A stretch of 64,000 bases of DNA, taken from positions 993 through 64,992 of the forward strand of contig CAZKTU010000006.1 of the NCBI GenBank assembly GCA_964555675.1. Reading direction: 5' to 3'. Position numbers and translations under genes: made by a program. A model generated the notes under the pieces. That model was not told the DNA's origin and searched no databases. It saw nothing but the letters and a program-made list of their open reading frames with translations. Positions 9,811 to 18,250 of this stretch are shown one piece after another. The DNA comes from an uncultured Oscillochloris sp. (GTDB lineage Bacteria; Chloroflexota; Chloroflexia; Chloroflexales; Chloroflexaceae). How positions within the stretch are numbered: position 1 is the stretch's first letter; the number at the start of each line of letters is the position of its first letter.

Positions 9811-10749
9811 ATGAGTAACGCAAAGCGGGTCATTCTCACCGGCGCGACCGGGCTGATCGGCACCAGGCTCTTCGCCGCCCTCCAGCAGCGCGGCTACGAA
9901 GTCGTGATCTTCTCGCGCAGCCCCGTCGGCGCGAGCGCCAGGCTGCCCGGCGCCGCGGGCTACGTCGAGTGGGCGCCCGCCGAGGGCGGCCCCTGGGCGA
10001 GCGCCATCGACGGCGCCCACGCCGTCATCCACCTGGCCGGCGCCCCGATCTCGCAGGGTCTGCTCGGGGTGCGCTGGACCTCCGAGTACAAGGACGAGAT
10101 CCTCAACAGCAGGGTCGTGGGCACGCGCGGGATCGTCAACGCGATTGCCGGGGCCGCGCGCCGGCCCGCCGTCCTGGTCAACGCCTCGGCCGTCGGCTAC
10201 TACGGCTACCGAGACGATACGCGCCTCGACGAGTACTCGCCCGCCGGCCGCGACTTCGTGGCCGAGGTCTGTGTCGCCTGGGAGCGCGAGGCGGCCCGGG
10301 CCGAGGAGCACGGCGTGCGGGTGGTGCGGGTGCGCACGGGCATCGTGCTCGACCCGGGGGCGGGCGCCCTCGGGCAACTCCTGCTGCCCTTCAGGCTGCG
10401 CACGGGCGGGCCGATCATGCCGGGCAGCCAGTACTACTCGTGGATCCACCCCGACGACGAGATCGGCCTGCTGCTGCTCGCCCTCGAGGACGAGCGGCTG
10501 CGCGGCCCCCTGAACGCGACCGCGCCCACGCCCGAGACCAACCGCGACTTCTGCGCAGCTCTCGGCGAGGTCCTCGGCTCGCCCTCGTGGCTGCCGGTGC
10601 CCGAGTTCAGCCTGCGCATCGCCCTCGGCGAGATGGCCGACCTGGTCGTCAAGGGCCAGCGGGTGCTGCCGAGGCGCGCGCAGGAGCTCGGATATAGCTT
10701 CAAGTACCCCGACCTGCGGCCGGCGTTGCGCGATCTACTGCAGGCCTGA
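9811..10749 (+). CDS. TIGR01777-type SDR (YfcH-like epimerase family, DUF1731 C-terminus)
   Basis: Rossmann motif ILTGATGLIGTRL. The C-terminal segment LGYSFKYPDLRPALRDLL is typical of this family. Confidence 0.85.
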   Translation: MSNAKRVILTGATGLIGTRLFAALQQRGYEVVIFSRSPVGASARLPGAAGYVEWAPAEGGPWASAIDGAHAVIHLAGAPISQGLLGVRWTSEYKDEILNSRVVGTRGIVNAIAGAARRPAVLVNASAVGYYGYRDDTRLDEYSPAGRDFVAEVCVAWEREAARAEEHGVRVVRVRTGIVLDPGAGALGQLLLPFRLRTGGPIMPGSQYYSWIHPDDEIGLLLLALEDERLRGPLNATAPTPETNRDFCAALGEVLGSPSWLPVPEFSLRIALGEMADLVVKGQRVLPRRAQELGYSFKYPDLRPALRDLLQA

Positions 10750-10861
10750 TCTCTCATCCCCCTCTTAGGCCGGCTTAAATCTGTGCTCAGGCTGGCGGCG
10801 CATACTACCTGTGGGAAGCAGCAGGGCCCAATGGCCCTAGATGAAATACAGGTAGTCAATC

Positions 10862-12022
10862 ATGGAGCGCAAGTATAATCCGATTGTTCTGCTCGCAGTG
10901 CTCTTGCTCGGCGTCTTCATCGGCGTAGCCGGCGGCGCCGTCTCGGGCGGCGCGGCCGCCCTCTATATCACCGGTCGCCAGGCCGCCGAGGCCCCAATCG
11001 CCCAGCCCGTCCTGACCGCGGCCAGCGGCGCGGTCGGGCAGACCCAGCCCGCGCCGCGCACCGGCGCCGCCCAGTCGAGCGCTGAGTCCGACACCGCCGT
11101 CGAGGCGGTTCAGAAGGTCGGCCCCGCCGTGGTCACCGTGCTCAACCGGGCCGAGCAGGGTATGGGCAGCGGCAGCGGCGTGATCGTCAGCGACCAGGGC
11201 TTCATCCTGACCAACAACCACGTGGTCGAGGGCGCTCGCGAGCTGGCTGTGGTCTTCGCCGACAACAGCCGCCGCGAGGCCGAGCTGATCGGCACCGACC
11301 CCCTGAACGACATCGCTGTGATTAAGGTCGAGGGTGAGCTGCCCGCCGTTGCCGCCATCGGCGACGCCGCGGCCCTGCAGCCCGGCGAGACGGTCCTGGC
11401 GATCGGCAGCCCTCTGGGCAACTTCCGCAATACCGTCACCGCTGGCGTGGTCAGCGCCCTGAACCGCTCGGTCGGCCCGATGGAGGGGCTCATCCAGACT
11501 GACGCCGCGATCAACAGCGGCAACAGCGGCGGCCCCCTGATCAACCTGAACGGCGAGGTGGTCGGCATCAACACCCTGGTGGTGCGCAACGACCTCGAGT
11601 TCGGCTCGAGCGCGGCCCCGGTCGAGGGCCTCGGCTTCGCGGTGCCCAGCACCATCTTCCGCAACGTCGCCGACCAGCTGATCGCCAACGGCGAGGTGCG
11701 CTACCCCTTCCTGGGCGTGAGCTACCTGGCGATCGACGGCGACATCGCCGCCGAGCTCAACCTGCCCGTGCAGAACGGGGCCCTGATCAGGCCGAACGCC
11801 CAGAGCGGCGCGGCCGTCACCCCCGGCAGCGCGGCCGATAAGGCCGGCATCCGCGACGGCGACATCATCGTCGGCGTAGACGGCGCCCGCATCGACTACA
11901 ACACCTCGCTGCGCCAGCTGCTGCTGCGCCACAAGCCCGGCGACACGGTGACCGTCACCGTCCTGCGCGACGGCCAGGAGCAGGACCTGCAGGTCACCCT
12001 CGACCAGCGCCCCACCGAGTAG
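10862..12022 (+). CDS. htrA: HtrA/DegP-family S1C serine protease with C-terminal PDZ domain
   Basis: N-terminal TM anchor. Catalytic motifs ILTNNHVV, DIAVIKV and GNSGGPLINLNGEVVGINT. PDZ-like tail (GIRDGDIIVGVDG). Confidence 0.88.
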   Translation: MERKYNPIVLLAVLLLGVFIGVAGGAVSGGAAALYITGRQAAEAPIAQPVLTAASGAVGQTQPAPRTGAAQSSAESDTAVEAVQKVGPAVVTVLNRAEQGMGSGSGVIVSDQGFILTNNHVVEGARELAVVFADNSRREAELIGTDPLNDIAVIKVEGELPAVAAIGDAAALQPGETVLAIGSPLGNFRNTVTAGVVSALNRSVGPMEGLIQTDAAINSGNSGGPLINLNGEVVGINTLVVRNDLEFGSSAAPVEGLGFAVPSTIFRNVADQLIANGEVRYPFLGVSYLAIDGDIAAELNLPVQNGALIRPNAQSGAAVTPGSAADKAGIRDGDIIVGVDGARIDYNTSLRQLLLRHKPGDTVTVTVLRDGQEQDLQVTLDQRPTE

Positions 12023-12043
12023 CCTCTGCCCAGACCAAGATCT

Positions 12044-12083
12044 CTGACAGCCACCTGAGAGCCATCTCTCAGGTGGCTGTCAG
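12044..12083 (+). terminator. Perfect 18-bp stem / 4-nt loop hairpin after htrA
   Basis: CTGACAGCCACCTGAGAG-ccat-CTCTCAGGTGGCTGTCAG, starting 22 nt after the stop. No U tract. Confidence 0.6.
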
Positions 12084-12099
12084 CATTAAGGGAAAGTTA

Positions 12100-12108
12100 T
12101 GCTATAAT
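12100..12108 (+). promoter_or_regulatory. Extended -10 element (TGcTATAAT)
   Basis: TGcTATAAT lies 57 nt upstream of the TTG start at 12165. No clear -35. Confidence 0.4.
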
Positions 12109-12164
12109 CGGGCTCGCCACCAAGCTGTGGCCTCTACCAGGAACGTAGAAAACCGGAGGACCGA

Positions 12165-13616
12165 TTGAGGTCTAAGCGGACCCCCATGCTGCGGTCGCGG
12201 CTTGCCTGGGCGCTCCTGAGCCTCCTCGCCTTCTTCCCAGCCACCTTCCCTGCGCCCGCCCGGGCCGAAGGTCCTACAGGCGCCATGCCGCGCGCTGTCG
12301 GCCTTGCTCAGCTCGATGGAGTGCTGAGCCTGGCAGACGGCAGCCTCACCCTCGCACCGGGTGCGGGCGGCCCACCCCGCATCTTCGGCGACTTCCAGCG
12401 CTATGGCACCTTCGTCTCCGATCTCCTCGCTCTCGACCAGCCCACTGCTCGCCTGAAGCTCAGCTATGCCGCCCTCACCCCCTCGGGCGCCCATGCTCGC
12501 GTCGACGTGCGCGGCAGCTCCGACGGTCAGCGCTGGCAGCCCTGGCTGACCGGCCTGCCCGCCGACGCCGTGGTGAGCTTCAGCCAGCCCGTGCGCTTCG
12601 CCCAGTACCGGCTCTCATTGGCCGGCGGCCCTGGCGTTGCGCCGACGGTGCGCGATATCAGGCTGGCCACGACCAACCAGGCCCCCACCTACAACGTCGC
12701 CGCCCCCGAGCCCTACGCCGTGGCGCCCACCTTCAGGGTGCGGGCCACACGCCAGGGCATGATCGGCGGGCGTACGGCCAACGGCTTCATTATCCCGCCC
12801 CGCGCCCGCTTCGTCTCGCTCCCCTCGTGGAGCGTACTCTCGACCCGCGGCCGCGACGAGTACCAGGTGCGCATCAGCTACAAAGGTCGCAGCACGGTCG
12901 TGCCCGTCTACGACGTGGGCCCCTATAGCGAGCGCGACGACTACTGGGACCCCCGGCGCGATGGCTACCCCGATCTCGAGCGCGGCTGGCCCATGGACCA
13001 CGCGGCCTTCTACGAGGGCTACAACGGCGGCCGGGCCGACAAAGGGCATGTGCGCTTCCCCACGGCCATGGACGTCGGCGACGGGGCCTGGATCGATGAT
13101 CTCGGCATCGTCGGCGACCAGGCCGAGGTCGAGGTCACCTACCTCTGGCTCGGCCAGGACCCGGCGGCCGGCCCGCCCGCCCGCGACCCTGCCGCCGCCG
13201 AGCATATCGTCGATGAGCTGGGCGGCGACTTCTGGCACAATAGCCCCCTCGGCCCCAGTCTGGTGGGCTGCGGCTATGGCAGGCACGCCTACTGGGCGTC
13301 GGGCAGCGGCGACCCCGCCGCCGCGGCCGTGGCCCGCTGGCAGCCCAACCTCCCGTCCGAGGGCCTCTACGAGCTGTTCGTCCACATCCCGGTCTGCCCG
13401 CACAAACGCGGGCCGGCCACCCAGGCCCGCTACATTGTCCAGCACCGCGACGGCATCCTCGAGATTGCCCTAAACCAGCAGGCGCAGACAGGGTGGGTCA
13501 GCCTGGGCCGCTACCCCTTCGCCGCAGGCGCCGGCGGGTTCATCCAGCTCGGCGCGGTCGCGCCCGACGGCTCCACCCTCTGGTTCGACCAGGCCAGATG
13601 GGTGCGCGTGCCATAA
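12165..13616 (+). CDS. Secreted protein with RlpA-like double-psi beta-barrel region and golvesin-like C-terminal domain
   Basis: TTG start with GGAGGA 4 nt upstream; signal peptide ending ARAEG. The mid region ATRQGMIGGRTANGFII...VSLPS...RISYKGRSTVVPVYDVGPY resembles DPBB/RlpA-type domains. The tail (WQPNLPSEGLYELFVHIP...ARYIVQHRDG...WVSLGRYPFAAG) resembles golvesin/Xly-type C-terminal domains. The domain calls are by eye only. Confidence 0.65.
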   Translation: MRSKRTPMLRSRLAWALLSLLAFFPATFPAPARAEGPTGAMPRAVGLAQLDGVLSLADGSLTLAPGAGGPPRIFGDFQRYGTFVSDLLALDQPTARLKLSYAALTPSGAHARVDVRGSSDGQRWQPWLTGLPADAVVSFSQPVRFAQYRLSLAGGPGVAPTVRDIRLATTNQAPTYNVAAPEPYAVAPTFRVRATRQGMIGGRTANGFIIPPRARFVSLPSWSVLSTRGRDEYQVRISYKGRSTVVPVYDVGPYSERDDYWDPRRDGYPDLERGWPMDHAAFYEGYNGGRADKGHVRFPTAMDVGDGAWIDDLGIVGDQAEVEVTYLWLGQDPAAGPPARDPAAAEHIVDELGGDFWHNSPLGPSLVGCGYGRHAYWASGSGDPAAAAVARWQPNLPSEGLYELFVHIPVCPHKRGPATQARYIVQHRDGILEIALNQQAQTGWVSLGRYPFAAGAGGFIQLGAVAPDGSTLWFDQARWVRVP

Positions 13617-13620
13617 CAAA

Positions 13621-13714
13621 GCCCCGCCATAAAGGCGGGGCGCGGGAAGGCTGGCGGGTGGGCGCGGGAGGGCTTGGCCCTCCCGAAACAACCCACCCGG
13701 CACACTTAGTGTGC
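13621..13714. terminator. Convergent intergenic region with three stem-loops
   Basis: GCCCCGCC-ataaa-GGCGGGGC (13621-13641). GGGAGGGCttgGCCCTCCC (13666-13684). GCACACttaGTGTGC (13700-13714). The region lies between converging genes ending at 13616 and 13722. Confidence 0.45.
13666..13684. repeat. GC-rich stem-loop of the GGGAGG-CTTGG-CCTCCC family
   Basis: GCGCGGGAGGGCTTGGCCCTCCCGAAAC closely matches GCGCGGGGAGGCTTGGCCTCCCCGAAAA at 7401-7426. Confidence 0.55.
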
Positions 13715-13721
13715 TGAAACC

Positions 13722-14252
13722 CTAATCCTCGCTGCGCTCCTGGATCACATAGAGCAGCTCGAGCAGGATGTTCTTCACGCTCTGGCGGTCGGAGGCGATG
13801 CAGGGGAGCACCTTGATCTGGGCGGGCTGGCGCAGGGCCAGGCGCAGCTCGTCGGGGCTCCAGGCGTTGGGGCGGTCCTGCTTATTGGCGGCGATCACAT
13901 AGGGCGTGTCGCGGTACGAGACGAAGAAGTCGATGATGCGGTTGGTCTCGCGGAAGGTCTCTGGGCGGGTGCTGTCGACCAGGATGACCAGGCCGAGCAT
14001 ACCCTCCGAGAGGATCTCCCACATAAAATCGAACCGCTTCTGGCCCGGGGTGCCGAAGAGGTGCAGCACGAGATCGTCGGCGATAGCGATGCGACCGAAG
14101 TCCATCGCGACCGTCGTCTCTTTCTTGATCATCTTGGTATCGTCGGTCGCGCGGCGCTCGGTCGAGACGACCTCGATCTCGCTGATCGCCTTGATGAACT
14201 CGGTCTTGCCCGCGTTCACGGCCCCGCTGATAACCATTTTTACAGTCTGCAC
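13722..14252 (-). CDS. Small Ras-like GTPase (MglA/COG2229-type ATP/GTP-binding protein)
   Basis: GTG start with GGAGGG 5 nt upstream. G1 GAVNAGKT, G3 FGTPGQKRF, G4 NKQD. 176 aa. Confidence 0.85.
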   Translation of the reverse strand: MQTVKMVISGAVNAGKTEFIKAISEIEVVSTERRATDDTKMIKKETTVAMDFGRIAIADDLVLHLFGTPGQKRFDFMWEILSEGMLGLVILVDSTRPETFRETNRIIDFFVSYRDTPYVIAANKQDRPNAWSPDELRLALRQPAQIKVLPCIASDRQSVKNILLELLYVIQERSED

Positions 14253-14300
14253 ACCAGCCCTCCGCTATGGTGCTGTGCCCTGGCTGAAGCACATCGGTTG

Positions 14301-15116
14301 TCACATGCCCTTGATACGATTGATGATGCGGTTCACCAGGCTCTTCTTGACCCTGGGCAGGTCGGCCGCCTGTGGCCCGCGGTTGAGCATCGGCTTGGGC
14401 TTCTTTTGCACCTCAACCAGGCCGGCGGTGAGGAAGCCGTAGACAATCCGGCATACATCGAAGTCGCTGAGGCTCGTCTTCTGGGCGATCTCGGCGAGGG
14501 TATCCTTGCCATTGATGCGCGCGAAGATGCGCCACTCCTCGGGGGCCAGCTTGACGCCCTTCATCTTCTCGCCGGGCTGCTCGAGGAAGCGCACCACCAT
14601 ATCGGTCGAGGGGATACGGTCCTTGATCCGGCCCCACTCGTCGATGCGGCGCACGCCCTCCATGATCAGGTGGTCGACCGAGATTGGCGTGGGGATGACC
14701 GGGGCGTCGGGGGCGGGGCGCTGGTTCTGCTCGAAGCGAAACTCACCTTCGGGCCAGCCGAACAGGCCGTAGACCGACTCCTCGGTGAAGCCCTGTAGCG
14801 CGTTCTGGATCTGGTCCTTGCCGGCGATCTGCTCGTCGACGATCACCTGGGTGAGGGTGGCGCCATGATCGCGGGTCGCGAGCTGCTGGCGGGCCTGGTC
14901 GAGCTGGTCGGCGTTCAGCACGCCGAGGCGCACCAGCAGCTCGCCCTGCTGATCCTCGGGCCTGCGCACCGCCATCACCAGCTTGCCCTTCTCGAAGAAG
15001 AGCAGGGCCATCTCTTGCTCGTGAGCGAGGTGCAGCCCGCCGGTCTTATAGCCCCGGTCGACCAGGTAGAGAAAGTCAGAGAGGCCGAAGTCGCGAATAT
15101 TGCCTACCAGCGCCAT
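14301..15116 (-). CDS. DUF4388 (PATAN-like) domain protein
   Basis: N-terminus MALVGNIRDFGLSDFLYLV...GKLV is typical of DUF4388. C-terminal wHTH-like segment TLAEIAQKTSLSDFDVCRIVYGFLTAGLVEV. GGAGGG RBS. The gene is 48 nt upstream of the GTPase gene on the same strand. Confidence 0.75.
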   Translation of the reverse strand: MALVGNIRDFGLSDFLYLVDRGYKTGGLHLAHEQEMALLFFEKGKLVMAVRRPEDQQGELLVRLGVLNADQLDQARQQLATRDHGATLTQVIVDEQIAGKDQIQNALQGFTEESVYGLFGWPEGEFRFEQNQRPAPDAPVIPTPISVDHLIMEGVRRIDEWGRIKDRIPSTDMVVRFLEQPGEKMKGVKLAPEEWRIFARINGKDTLAEIAQKTSLSDFDVCRIVYGFLTAGLVEVQKKPKPMLNRGPQAADLPRVKKSLVNRIINRIKGM

Positions 15117-15182
15117 TGTTCTACCCTCCAGGGACCATAGCTGTCGATGCCCTGATCTCGGTGCGGGGGCTCCGGGGGCTCC

Positions 15183-16106
15183 CTATGCGGAAAGTGCGAG
15201 GGCCGTATCCGGCTCTGATGAGGCGGCCGCAGCGACGCCATCGGCCTCGAGCACGGGGACGAGAGCGGCGATCGCCGTGGCGATCATCACATCGTCGGGC
15301 TCGCGGGTAGTGAGGTACTGGGTCGAGAGGGCCGGGGCGAGCATGCTGCGCACCCAGGGCCGGTGGTAGTTGTTTGCGGCCAGCCGCATAAACTCGAAGG
15401 CCACGGCGGCCACCACCGGGATCAGCACGATCCGCGCGCCGAGGCGTTGCCACCAGGGCAGGCCGGCCACGGCCAGAAAGATCACGAAGCCGATCAGAGC
15501 GGCGATCACCAGGAAGCTGGTGCCGCAGCGGGGGTGGATGCGCGTGAAGGGGCGCACGGCCTCGACCGTGAGGGGGGCGCCGGCCTCGTAGGCGTTGATC
15601 ACCTTGTGCTCGGCCCCGTGGAAGCCGAAGACGCGCTGGATGTCGGGGATACGGCTGATCGCGTAGATATAGCCCACCACGAGGACCAGGTTGATCACAC
15701 CCTCGATGGCCTCGCGCAGCAGCACCGAGGCGCCCAGCTGGGTGAAGGCGAAGTTGGCCACGGCCGAGGGCAGGATGACGAAGAGCCCGATCCCGATCGC
15801 CAGGGCCACCAGAAAGGTCGCCCCCTGGGCCAGGGGCGACAGCTCCTCCTCCTCGTCGCCGACGGCCACACTGGCCGAGAAGTCGAGGGCCTCTTTGCCG
15901 ATCGTGAAGGCGGACTTCAGACCTACCAGGCCACGAATGACCGGCAGCCTCATCCAGGAGGCGGGGGCGGGGTTGGGCAGAGGAATATGCTTGAGGGCCA
16001 GCTCGCCCGTCGGGCGACGCACTGCCACGCTCGCCAGCCGGCGACCGCGCATCATGACCCCTTCGAGGACGGCCTGGCCGCCGTATGAGAAGCGCTGTTC
16101 GTCCAT
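15183..16106 (-). CDS. DUF1385 family membrane protein
   Basis: FSYGGQAVLEGVMMRG and GFHGAEHKVINAYE motifs. I prefer the ATG at 16106 (MDEQRF) over the GTG at 16172, which lies inside a hairpin. TATACT sits 13 nt upstream of this ATG, suggesting a very short leader. Confidence 0.8.
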   Translation of the reverse strand: MDEQRFSYGGQAVLEGVMMRGRRLASVAVRRPTGELALKHIPLPNPAPASWMRLPVIRGLVGLKSAFTIGKEALDFSASVAVGDEEEELSPLAQGATFLVALAIGIGLFVILPSAVANFAFTQLGASVLLREAIEGVINLVLVVGYIYAISRIPDIQRVFGFHGAEHKVINAYEAGAPLTVEAVRPFTRIHPRCGTSFLVIAALIGFVIFLAVAGLPWWQRLGARIVLIPVVAAVAFEFMRLAANNYHRPWVRSMLAPALSTQYLTTREPDDVMIATAIAALVPVLEADGVAAAASSEPDTALALSA

Positions 16107-16301
16107 CAGATCGCTAGAGTATACGCGAAGGCTGTCGCCGGCACACTGTTGCCGCGTGCGACAGCCTACCACCGCTAATCATACCACGCGCCTGCGCGCT
16201 CAGCCAATAGTACCCCCTGGCGCTGTGCTGCTCAGGATACAGACGGCGGATTACCAGAGCGTAGCCCTTTGGTCCTACAGCCCTAGAGACAGCCCGACCT
16301 G

Positions 16302-16763
16302 CTAGTCGAGCTCTCGCTCCATGCGCGCGGGGGCGTCGCGGCGGGCGAGGCTGGTCGCCGCGGCCCTGACGCCGATGAACAGGCTCGAGAGGCGGATGAT
16401 CGGCGAGACGACCCGCTCGGTGACGAAGGTGGTCGAGCCGCTGACATTCGAGACTGTATCGCGGGCGCTGCCGGCGATGGTGCGCGTGCTGTCCAGCACG
16501 TCGTTCATCTTGAGCATGGCCTCGTCGATCTTAGGCAGCACCGATCCGCTGGCCACCTTGTTGATCTGGTTTACCGCATAGAGCACCGCGAAGAGCAGCA
16601 CCGTCAGCAGCACCACCGTCAGCATCTGGAAGAGCCCGAGGACGATGATGAAGATGTCGCGGGTGGCCTCACGGACACTCACGGGGGCCAGGTACATGCC
16701 GACGACAAAGGCGATCATCAGGAAGACGGCTATCCCGATGGCCGTCGCTACCCATTTCCACAC
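16302..16763 (-). CDS. Hypothetical membrane protein (two N-terminal TM helices plus Ser/Thr-rich helical tail)
   Basis: 153-aa ORF with GTG start and hydrophobic N-terminus. No confident family assignment (loosely DUF948-like). Confidence 0.55.
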   Translation of the reverse strand: MWKWVATAIGIAVFLMIAFVVGMYLAPVSVREATRDIFIIVLGLFQMLTVVLLTVLLFAVLYAVNQINKVASGSVLPKIDEAMLKMNDVLDSTRTIAGSARDTVSNVSGSTTFVTERVVSPIIRLSSLFIGVRAAATSLARRDAPARMERELD

Positions 16764-16856
16764 AATAGGCCTCAGCTTTCCGGCGCGACAGAGCGCCCCG
16801 ATCGACCGTGCGGCATTCCAATGCGGTGTTCAGGCCTGGCAATGCCGCCGATTATA

Positions 16857-17114
16857 TCACACCCGTAAGCGCGAAACAACAATCAGCAAGAGCCAGGCCA
16901 GCAGTACGGCCTCGAGCACGGGCACGCCCGCAGGGCTCGGCAGCTCGAGCGGGAAGCGCAGCCCGAGCCCGTAGGCCAGCAGGCAGCCGACGAAGGCGGT
17001 CAGCCAGAAGATCGGCAGTTGCCGCCAGCGGCGTCCGAGCAGCACATGGGCCAGGGCCGCGCACGCCGTCGCGATCAGAAGCAGCAGCAGTGTCGCCGGG
17101 GCGAGCCCATCCAT
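16857..17114 (-). CDS. Small hypothetical membrane protein (85 aa)
   Basis: ATG with GGAAGGA 8 nt upstream, directly downstream of mnmA. Three hydrophobic segments. Confidence 0.5.
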   Translation of the reverse strand: MDGLAPATLLLLLIATACAALAHVLLGRRWRQLPIFWLTAFVGCLLAYGLGLRFPLELPSPAGVPVLEAVLLAWLLLIVVSRLRV

Positions 17115-17133
17115 CGGGGTGTCCTTCCGCCGC

Positions 17134-18243
17134 CTAGGCGGCCGCTGGTCGTATGATGCGACCGCCGCCCAGCACCCTGTCGCCCGCGTAGAGCACGGCA
17201 GCCTGCCCCGGCGTGATCGCCTTCAGCGGCTCGCTCAGCCGCACGGCCAGCCGCCCGCTCGCCAGGGGCTCGACCAGGGCGGGGGCGGCCTCGGCGTGGG
17301 CCCGCACCTGCACCAGGCAGCTGAACGGCTCGCCCGGCCAGTGCCCGTCGACAAACGCCGCCCGGTCGATCACGAGCCGGTCGCGCAGGATGGCCTCGGC
17401 GGGGCCGACCACGAGGGCATTGCGCCCCGTGTCCAGTTCGACCACGAAGAGGGGCTTGCCGCCCCCTAAGCCGAGCCCGCGGCGCTGGCCGATCGTATAG
17501 AGCGGCAGCCCCTCGTGACGCCCGAGCTCGCGCCCCGCCAGATCGACGATCGGGCCCGGCCGCAGGCTCTCGGGGGCCTCCTCGCGCAGCAGGTTGCGGT
17601 AGTCGCCGCCCGGCACGAAGCAGATATCCTGGCTCTCGGGCCTGTCGGCGCTCGCCAGGCCCCGTTCGGCCGCCATGGCCCGCACCTCGGGCTTGGTCAG
17701 CCCGCCCAGGGGGAACATGATCCGCGCCAGGTCTGCCTGGCCGAGCATGTGTACCATGTAGCTCTGGTCTTTGTCGCGGTCGGCGGCGCGCCAGAGCTGG
17801 CGCGAAGCCCCCGCTGCGGCATCGCTCGGCTGCTGCCCGTCGCCCGGCGTCACAATCCGGGCGTAGTGGCCCGTCGCCACATATTCGAAGCCGAGGGCGC
17901 GGGCCCGCTCGAGCAGGGCGCGGAACTTGATCTCGCGGTTGCACTCGAGGCAGGGGTTGGGCGTGTAGCCCTGGGCGTAGGCGTGGACGAAGTACTCGAT
18001 CACATGGCGCCTGAATTCGCGCTGGTAGTTGAAGACATAGTAGGGCACGCCCAGCTGGGCGCAGACCCGCCGCGCGCTCTCGGCCATCTCCTGCGCGCAG
18101 CACAGGCTCTCGGCCAGCCGCTCGTCGTCGTCGTCCCAGAGGTGCATGGTCACCCCGACGACCTTGTGCCCTTGCTCGTGCAGCAGCGCGGCGGCCAGCG
18201 AGCTGTCCACCCCGCCGCTCATCGCGACCATAATCGTTGCCAT
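17134..18243 (-). CDS. mnmA: tRNA 2-thiouridine(34) synthase
   Basis: PP-loop VAMSGGVDSS, with conserved C..C and FVPGGDY regions. 369 aa. Confidence 0.93.
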   Translation of the reverse strand: MATIMVAMSGGVDSSLAAALLHEQGHKVVGVTMHLWDDDDERLAESLCCAQEMAESARRVCAQLGVPYYVFNYQREFRRHVIEYFVHAYAQGYTPNPCLECNREIKFRALLERARALGFEYVATGHYARIVTPGDGQQPSDAAAGASRQLWRAADRDKDQSYMVHMLGQADLARIMFPLGGLTKPEVRAMAAERGLASADRPESQDICFVPGGDYRNLLREEAPESLRPGPIVDLAGRELGRHEGLPLYTIGQRRGLGLGGGKPLFVVELDTGRNALVVGPAEAILRDRLVIDRAAFVDGHWPGEPFSCLVQVRAHAEAAPALVEPLASGRLAVRLSEPLKAITPGQAAVLYAGDRVLGGGRIIRPAAA

Positions 18244-18250
18244 AGCTAGA

